DNA of 64,000 bases from the human T2T-CHM13v2.0 reference genome, Homo sapiens. The position numbers and the translations under genes were made by a program. Below, one piece after another: positions 55,771-64,000 of the stretch. The stretch's first letter is position 1; the number at the start of each line of letters is the position of its first letter. A model generated the notes under the pieces. The model saw only the letters and a list, made by a program, of their open reading frames with translations. It had not been told where the DNA came from and made no database searches. Location: NCBI RefSeq assembly GCF_009914755.1, contig NC_060944.1; one strand, 5' to 3'.

Positions 55771-58124
55771 GTCACCTGCCTGGGGGCCCTGCGTTATGCA
55801 CATAAAAAATGCATGGGTGGTCAACTCTAGGGGTCCAGTGAGGCGTTTTAAAACTGAAGGCACATTTAAAGTTGGTGCAGATTTAGTCTATGTAATGGCC
55901 TTCTTTACCTTCCAGAGAAACTGGGCTTGCCCTGGGATGGCAGGTAGGATGTAGGCTTTGCTAGCAAGCCTCTGCCACAGATTTTTGATAATGACAATGC
56001 CAGTGATGAGGACACTTCAGCTTCACACATGTGGGGAAGGAAACCAAGCCAGAAGTCAAGTGTGTTACTTCCCTCCTCCAGCCATGAGGACGCTCTACCT
56101 CATTTTCATCTGTGAATCTCCAGGGTCATACCCGTTTCCTTCACCAGACCTTCGTGGGAACTCTGGAATAGTTTATGTCAATCTCCTGGTTAACTAGGGG
56201 AGCCAAGACCTCCTACACTGGCTTTCCTGGGAACTGCAGGATTTTCTGTTGGATGAACGGGATTGTGGACGTCCCCACTACCGTTGCCTGAAATACAGGG
56301 GTGTGCTGTAGTGAGTGGGGTAGGAAGAGAAACCACCCCATTTTCAATCATCCACGTTCACACCCTTGGGCATGCGGACTTCCTGGGCCCCTAGCAGGGT
56401 TCCCCTGCGGCTGCATACAGGGCCGGCATCAGCAGTGGTGGGAGCTGCTTGTAAGAACGAGGCTGGGAAGGGAACAAGGGGTGTTTAGCCCATTGAACAG
56501 CACACTTGCTGGCCACTGGGCACTGTGGTTGCTAGCTGGGGTTCGGGGGCCACTGATCAAGGCTGGATCAGACATACAGAGGCCGCTATGCATCTGATAC
56601 CAGAGTTAGTATTTCTGGCCTCTCCCCTCCTTCCTGAACCCCCAGAACCCTAGCTTTGCCACTTTCAAAGCCAAAGATCTTGCTCCTGAGACTCGGAGGT
56701 TTAGGGTTCTTTTATGTTTGCTATTGTTATCCATTCAGCAGAACACGAAGCTTGTATCTGTGTGGCTCTTCAGGATTTTAAAGCACATGTTCTTTAGAAC
56801 TCTGTAAAACAAGATAGAGATTATTTATTTACATTATAAAGGTAAGAAAACAGAGGCTTGGGGTTTATGGAATTGGCTAAGTTCAGAACTCTAGATTCCT
56901 AACTCACAATCCACCACACTGCCTGCCCAGGAGAGATAATAACAATGATGAAATAGCAGTAGTGGTGGTGGCGGTGGTAATAACAACAGCAATGGCGGGT
57001 AACCCGCCTTGAGCACTTACTGGAACTACGTTAAGCCCTTTCTGTAGCTTTCTTTTTTTCATCCTACAACAATCTGTGACATACATTAAGTACTTTATTC
57101 CCATTTCTGAGGTCATGTAGCTGGGGAATTGGGGAGCCAGGATCTGAACCCCGGAAGCTGAATTCCAGCCTCTGAGCTCTCTCTGGCTTCATGAACCACC
57201 TCCTTGTGTGGTCTGTGTACTTCATACCAGACTCTCTCAGGGACAATGCTGTCCACAGAGGGTCTGGCCACTGCTATGCAGAGGCTGATGGGCTCCAGTA
57301 AGCGCCCCTCCAAGGCAGTGTAGGTGAGATCGGGCTGGCCCAGGCCTTTGCCCCAGTGACCTCTCACTGTCCTTTACAATCAGATCAGTCCTTAATTCTG
57401 TGGTTTGGTCTGCAGAGACTTCTAATTAAAAGATGGGTTTTCTAATGAACTTTTATTAATTCAGCAATCTGTCTGGATGCTGAATTGTCATTTTTGCTAA
57501 TAGAGAAAATGGTTTGGTTTATTTTCCAGAACAGTGAAAGTCACTCAACTTAATTAAACTGTCGGAGGAGATGTTCTACTTGTCTTACTCAACACGGGTC
57601 CCTGAGGGAGCTCGCTTCATAAAGCCTGTCAGCCGCAGTGGCAATTCCAGTCTAGCTTTTCTTTTGAAGTCAGGATGGATTTGGTGTCAGCTACTTCTAA
57701 AATTCCCTGTCTGGTCTCCAGCAGCACCAGCCTGAAGCAAGGCACAGCAGGACGGTGTGCACATTATATGACTTCAGGTGATCAAGAAGGCCCTGTGTCC
57801 CCCGGGGCTCCCCCACTTCCCTGTGCCTGGTATCCAGAGAATGGTGGAGGGAGGCTTTTAATTCCCAATGCAAGAAGACTGCACAACCCGGATTTTAAAA
57901 TCTGATAGCGAGCACCTGAAAAGAAAATTATTAAAAATTCAGAACTGTTAAGGAAAATACTAACTACATTTGGCAATACATTAAAAGAATCACCTCTCAT
58001 GGGCAGTTAGGGGTTTATCCTGGTGATACCAAGACTGATTAATGGTAGAATATCTACCAGTGCCATCCATCATAGAGCTGGGTCTCCGTGGAGAAAAACA
58101 CTATGTGAAAGAAAAATATTTTAG

Positions 58125-58468
58125 GAACATTTTTATTTTTTCTGTATTGTATGTATTTAGGGGGTGCAACAAGATGTTTTGATATATGTGTATATTAGGG
58201 GATGATTAAATCAAGCTAATTAAGATATTCATCACCTCATGTTGGAATTTTTTTGTGTGTGTGGTAAGAACATTTAAAATCTACTCTCTTAACAATTTTC
58301 AATTGTACAGCATCTCATTACTACCATGCTCTACAACAGATCTTTAGAACATATTCCTCTTAACTGAAACTTTAAACCCTTTGACCAACATTGCCCTATC
58401 CATTTCTCACTCCCCCAGCCCCTGGTAACCACCGTTCTATTCTCTGCTTCTGTGAATTCAACTTTTGA
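58125..58468 (-). mobile_element. L1MA (7-9-like) 3' end
   Basis: TCAAGCTAATTAA..ATTCATCACCTCAT...GTGGTAAGAACATTTAAAATCTACTCTCTT...CCCCAGCCCCTGGTAACCACC. Confidence 0.85.
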
Positions 58469-58585
58469 AAAACTGTTTGATGTGGAAGGAAAGGGTATCT
58501 TCTGATATGAAAAAGGCTCTCTGACACTAACAGTTCACAATAGAGGTGACCAGGAAATACACACGCCCCATAAAAATCACATCCA

Positions 58586-58932
<347 letters not shown>

Positions 58933-59889
58933 TTAAAGGGCCCAGTGGATGGCTATTGTAAATACAAAGATAACTGCTATTATTTGCAGATAATATGATA
59001 GACCTAGAAAATCATGAGAATCTAGTGATAATCTCTTAAAATTAATAAGAAAGTGTTAATGATTGAACATAAGATAAATATGCAGAAACTAATAGTTCTT
59101 CCAGTTACTGGACATGACCAGTTAGAAGATACACTCAATCTTTTATTTGCATTATAATGACAAAAAAAGAAATAATAAAATAAATAGGAATTGACTTTAA
59201 TCTTGCACAACCTATATAAAGAAAACTATTTTAATTAGTATGTGTTCTTGGGTGAAGGATGGAAACTTATTTTTAAATCATTTTTTCAGTTTAATTTAAA
59301 AATTCCAAAAATTTATTTTTAGATTTACCTAAAGACCTGAAAATATTCGGATGGAGAGCAACAAAGAAACATTTTCTTCCTACTCTATACTTGGAAATGT
59401 GTTTTGGGTTTTATTAAAACTACAGCATCAAACCAAACCAATGAGTAGTGTGAGGGAGATAGCCCAGAACTGACATTAGGACTTGAGCCTAATCTATAAC
59501 AATGGAAATAGCCTTGGCCAAGTCAGACAGAAGGACAGTTTAGCAAAGCATGTGGGAAAATAGGCAAATGACTTGGGAAAACTCACTGTGGATGTAACAT
59601 CCTCCTTGATCTCCCATTCTTCTGTCAGACCCACGCAATCCACTCCCAGGCCGGAGAGCTAGAGTCCTCTGCCTGCCCAATGTCTTCCTTGCTGGTGTTG
59701 CAGCTGGTTATATAAATGCCTTCAGAGATTCATTCTGGTGAGCAATTGATATTAATCTGAGATGTTGGTAGTTAAAAATAATATGTCCGAGCTTGCCTCA
59801 GGTGTAAATCCTGGACTTGATGAAAAACAGAAGTAAGGCCATCCCTGATGTTCTTACTGGTTAGCGAATGACTTTTCTTCCTGCTGTGC

Positions 59890-60180
59890 AATATTAAATG
59901 TAGGCCTCAATGTAAAATGCAAAACCATAAAATTCCTGGAAGGTAACATAGGAGAAAATTAGGTGACTTTAGGTTTGGTGATGATTTTTTAGATCAATAC
60001 CAAAAACATGATCCATGAAAGGAAAATTTGCTAAGCTGGCTTTCATTGAAATTCAAAACCTCTGCTCTGTGTAAGACACCATGAAGAGAATAAAAAGACA
60101 AGCCACAGACTAGGAGAAAAATCTTGGCAAAGTACATGTCTGATAAAGGACTAGCATTCAAAATATGTAAAACTATACAA
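59890..60180 (+). mobile_element. L1M(B/C) ORF2 3' fragment
   Basis: AAAACCATAAAATTCCTGGAAG.TAACATAGGAGAAAA...AAAAGACAAGCCACAGACTAGGAGAAAAT...TCTGATAAAGGACT. Confidence 0.8.
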
Positions 60181-62999
60181 CATATTGTCGGAGAGAGTTA
60201 GGTGAATGCTTGAAGATGGTTGCTTCAGAAAGGAGGGAAATCCAGTTGAAAGTATGGGGCCTTCCGTAGCAAGGATGTCAGTGTCCATAATTATGGGAAC
60301 CCAGGCAGGGCTCCTCTCCCAAAGCACAAAAAATTCCAGAGGCATCCACCAGAGGAGGAACGATAGCACAGCAATGCCTGCTTGCTCATTAATCCTCTCT
60401 CCCTCTGATTCTTTTGCCCTCCTCTCTCTTCTGGGCACTATAAGGGCATTTTCGAGACTTAGAAACAAATAATAATGCAAGGAAGGTAAGGGCTCATTTT
60501 TCTTGCTGTGGGTAAACCCTACGGGTGTCAGCTGAGCTGGGGTGGGATAAATGCAAGACGAGGACTGGTGCCTAGCCATAGTAAGGACTGTGGTCCTCAC
60601 TCTGCTGACAGCTGAGCTGACACAGGGCTATTAACCAGGCAGACGCAAGCAGAAGAGACTGGGAAAGGAAGTACTCCTTCTTTATAATGGATCCAGCAGG
60701 TGGAACTCCTAGGACCTGCCAGATGGCAACGAGGTGAGGAAGAGTGGAGGCACTGCTGAAGCGAGCAGGAGATGGGCCTCCAAATTTGGAAACTGGCTGG
60801 ACCCTGGGCTGGGTCAAGCCTGAGGAGGCCAAAAGATTCCAGATCCTCTGTTCTGAGCTTGTGTGGATGCCACTAACGTTTACAGGAATAACAAATCCAG
60901 GAGAAAGAGGCAGGTGTTTGCAACTGGTAGAACCTGCAGGGAGTAGATCGCCAATTTATTTGGAGGCAAGCTAAGTCCAAAAAAGGTGAGATTTTAATAG
61001 CAGATAAAGTCATTACCCAGAAGTATTTTTGAGCTACAAAATTTCTCTTCCACAGTGTAAGTGTGTGGAAGGAACTCAACAGAGAGAGATCAGTGCTTCA
61101 TCCAGAGTTCAGCATCACAGACACCACAGTCCTTGGATAGGCAGAGAGTTTTTGGCTTTTGGTTCAACTCTGGCTCCTCCTGGCAGTGCTATCCTGGCAT
61201 GAGGGTGCCATGTGCCATGTACCTAAAGTGTCGATGACATCCCAATTAAGGCAAATGGCTTGATTATGGTCTTGCTCCTCTGACAATTTCTCCCATTTGC
61301 CAGTCTTACACGTGAATATAGTATACACTGTACCTACTGACTCTACCCTGTGTGATACAAAACCATTAAGACTTGATCCAAAAAGGAACAAAATGGCTAC
61401 TATTGGGTTTTGCAGGTATTAGAAGTGAATGAAAGAATGGGTTCTCATCTTCACAAAGGACAGTCTATACTGGAGGATAGGAAACTATCCAGAAATAGAA
61501 TGCCCAGGTCCCTGGACATCAATTCCCCCTTTCGAAAGCCATCAGGAATCCCATCCTCGCTGCTAGCAAGAAGTCCTCAGTCATTCTCATTTATTGCCAT
61601 CTGTCACCTTGGTTATTTGCAGGGATTTCATTTAGTGATCTGAATCCAGAGATTGTCCATCAAAGTCAGGAGCCAGGAGATGACCTTGTGTCCCTGGTTC
61701 TGGTCCTGTCTCAGCCTTCCTGAAATTGATAACTGGCATTCCCCTCCCTCTACTCCCTGGGAGAAATGAAGTGCAGGCTCAGAGCCTTATTGATTTCCCA
61801 TAACAACTGATGGATCTTTAGGGCTCTATTTTTATTTCAGAAGTGGCCATCTGACCTGATCAGGTCTGTAAATGAGCTGATAAAATGTTTGCTGCTCTTG
61901 TTCTCGGCATGATCTTTCGTGCTATGGTTTTTTTCTTATATTTGACATAGAGTATATCCTTGGGGTTTAGGTACATCCTCTTCTTTTGAGGGGAGCTTTT
62001 CTGAAGTGTAACCTCAAAGACAGTTTTTAAAAGGGGACTGAAAGAACCACAGCCCCCCATCCATTGTGGTTTGACTAATCCAGCTTACAAAGCTACAGTG
62101 TGCCCATGTGTGGCTGTGTCCCCAGCAACCAGCAGTGTTTCTCAGCCCCTTTTGGGGGAAGGGTGAGCATTTCCACCAACAAGAGGAGTCTGGGCCCATG
62201 ACCACACTCGAGAGCTTTTATGCTGTAAAAGAACCCTGCATGCCTTCTGTGTCCGATAGATAAGTCGAGGCTCACCAGGCCATTCAAACTCTGCCCATCT
62301 CATTCATGTTACATGATGAGGAACTGCAAACCAAGTGCACTTTGAGGACAGGAGTTGTCTCAAGTTCATCTGCATCCCCAAAATAAAGCCCAGTGTCTGG
62401 CAGTCACCCCAGTGTCAATCAACTCCTGTTGACTGAACAAACCAGTAGATGGTCTTGCTTGTCAGTGGCAGGTCTCCTTCAAAAGCGAAGCATTGTTCTT
62501 GTTCTCACACGGGCTGTGGAACTTTCTCTTTCCTCCTCCACAGAAAGCTGCTCTGCTGTCCCTTAGCATGTAGCAGGTCTCTGAGGATGGTGTGGCATTC
62601 TCCCAGGCTTCTAACAGGCCCATGCCATGCTCAGTGACTGACTACCCCTAAGTTGAAAGATCAGTGCATTCAGAGAGTCATAGAGTACCAGTTGTCTTAG
62701 CCTTTCATGGCTAACACACCTCCACATGCTTCCTTCCTGCCAATGTCCACTTAGTTTCACCACCTTCACCAGGAATATCTGACTGTGGGCGAGCCACAGG
62801 TTAATTACTCATTGCCCATCTTCCACTTTACCCATTTTGCACACAGCTCTTCTTGGCTTTGTAATTGCTCCATATCTGTATTTACGAGTGAAACTTGCAC
62901 CTCTAGACTGGCTTTCCTGACATCTCCTTGAAGTGTTTCATACAGATCTTCTGTTCTCCCTTCTCGCAGTTACAGAATGAAAACCATCCTCTTTTCTCA

Positions 63000-63400
63000 T
63001 GCTGGCTTGGAATGGCTTCCCCAAGGAGCAAACCCCTGAGTGAAGATTCAAGTGTCAGTGGTTTATTTGGGAGGTGATCCCAGGAAGTTTGGTGTGTGAG
63101 TGGGGAAGAGAGACAAGAGAGGGAAAGGAATAAGATTAGCTGTGTGAGTGAGTGAGCAGATTGCTTTTGTGGGCAACCAAAGCTTTCTCCAGCTGGAGAG
63201 CTCTGGGAGACAGTAGGGGAGGGGAAGGCTGTGGGTTTTACCCTCCAGCTCCCATCAGTCATTGGCTGGAGCTGCATCAGGGGCATTAACCCCTAGCTCT
63301 GGTCTGTCCCATTGTCCCACATGTTGGATGAGGAAAGGACCTCGACACTTGCATGAGGACCATGAATGCTTAAGGCACATGGTTGGGACACTGACAGCCC
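63000..63400 (-). mobile_element. LTR33/LTR16-like ERVL LTR
   Basis: GGTTTATTTGGGAGGTGATCCCAGGAAG...CTCCCATCAGTCATTGGCTG. Confidence 0.7.
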
Positions 63401-63439
63401 CAGCTACACTCAGGTTTTGAGAACCTTGAAAGAAAATTT

Positions 63440-63620
63440 TAAAGGGCCTTGGCCTCAATACCCGCTCATTCCAGGGACTTGAACAAGCTGCTGAAACTCA
63501 GTGAGACTCAGTCCTTCCCTCTATCAAAAGGGACTGTTGTGATGCATATTTCATATAGTGGTTGCAAAATCCAGGAAATGCATATGAGGTGCTTAGTGCT
63601 GGCCTGGCTAAGAAAGCACA
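63440..63620 (+). mobile_element. MIR
   Basis: GACTTGAACAAG..CTGAAACTC..TGAGACTCAGT..CC.TCTATCAAAAGGG...GTGCTTAG..GGCCTGGC. Confidence 0.6.
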
Positions 63621-64000
63621 AATACATTAGATTCATTAACAATGTTATAATCATACTCGTTTTTTGCTACCTCTTTTGGACTGAAATGTGTTCAGTATGG
63701 TGTGATGAGGTGTCTGCTGCATGCAGCAGAAAGTTGCAGTTCCTAGGAGACAGAGCACTTGGGTGCCTGGCCTTAAGATGAGTGAGCTAAGAGAAGTCAT
63801 TTCACCTCTCTGGGGCTGTTTTCTCCTTTGGACTAGAGGAGAGGTTCTAATCATTGATGATTCTGTGAAATGGTCACTCATACATATAAATATCATATTC
63901 TACATTGTTCTCTTGGCTTCCCAAACCCACTCTTACCCAGCTGAGCCATCCTGCCTTTGGGACTATATTACATCATTACACACACAGCTGCCTGAATTCG

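Noticed and set aside
60151-60600. 149-aa ORF with hydrophobic stretch
   Set aside because: Track start is not a true ATG, the end runs into an L1 fragment, and there is no recognisable homology or splice structure
60690-60730. Two CTCF-like motifs (CCAGCAGGTGGA, CTGCCAGATGGCA)
   Set aside because: Each mismatches a core position; not supportable without ChIP data

Overview
Human genomic DNA, intronic or intergenic and dominated by repeats. The species call rests on a pre-Ta L1HS, plus AluY/S/J, THE1 and MER85 elements. I cannot support any annotated protein-coding exon or name the locus. Nearly all ORFs in the track come from L1, Alu, LTR or microsatellite sequence, or are chance. Well-supported content: a young pre-Ta L1HS that is 5'-truncated and 5'-inverted (3396-5020), several Alus (one nested in another), solo LTRs with target-site duplications (TSDs), a MER85 piggyBac MITE, and old L1M/L2/L3/MIR/MER5-type fragments. 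The most unusual element is an indel-free 57-bp x ~9 tandem array at 21936-22435. It carries six miR-196 8mer sites on the minus strand, six phased CCAAT boxes and a stop-free 19-aa-repeat reading frame. It lies just downstream of a candidate minus-strand splice junction (24560->23370). Any function for this array is a hypothesis. Subfamily names for old repeats are recalled from consensus sequences and their boundaries are approximate.
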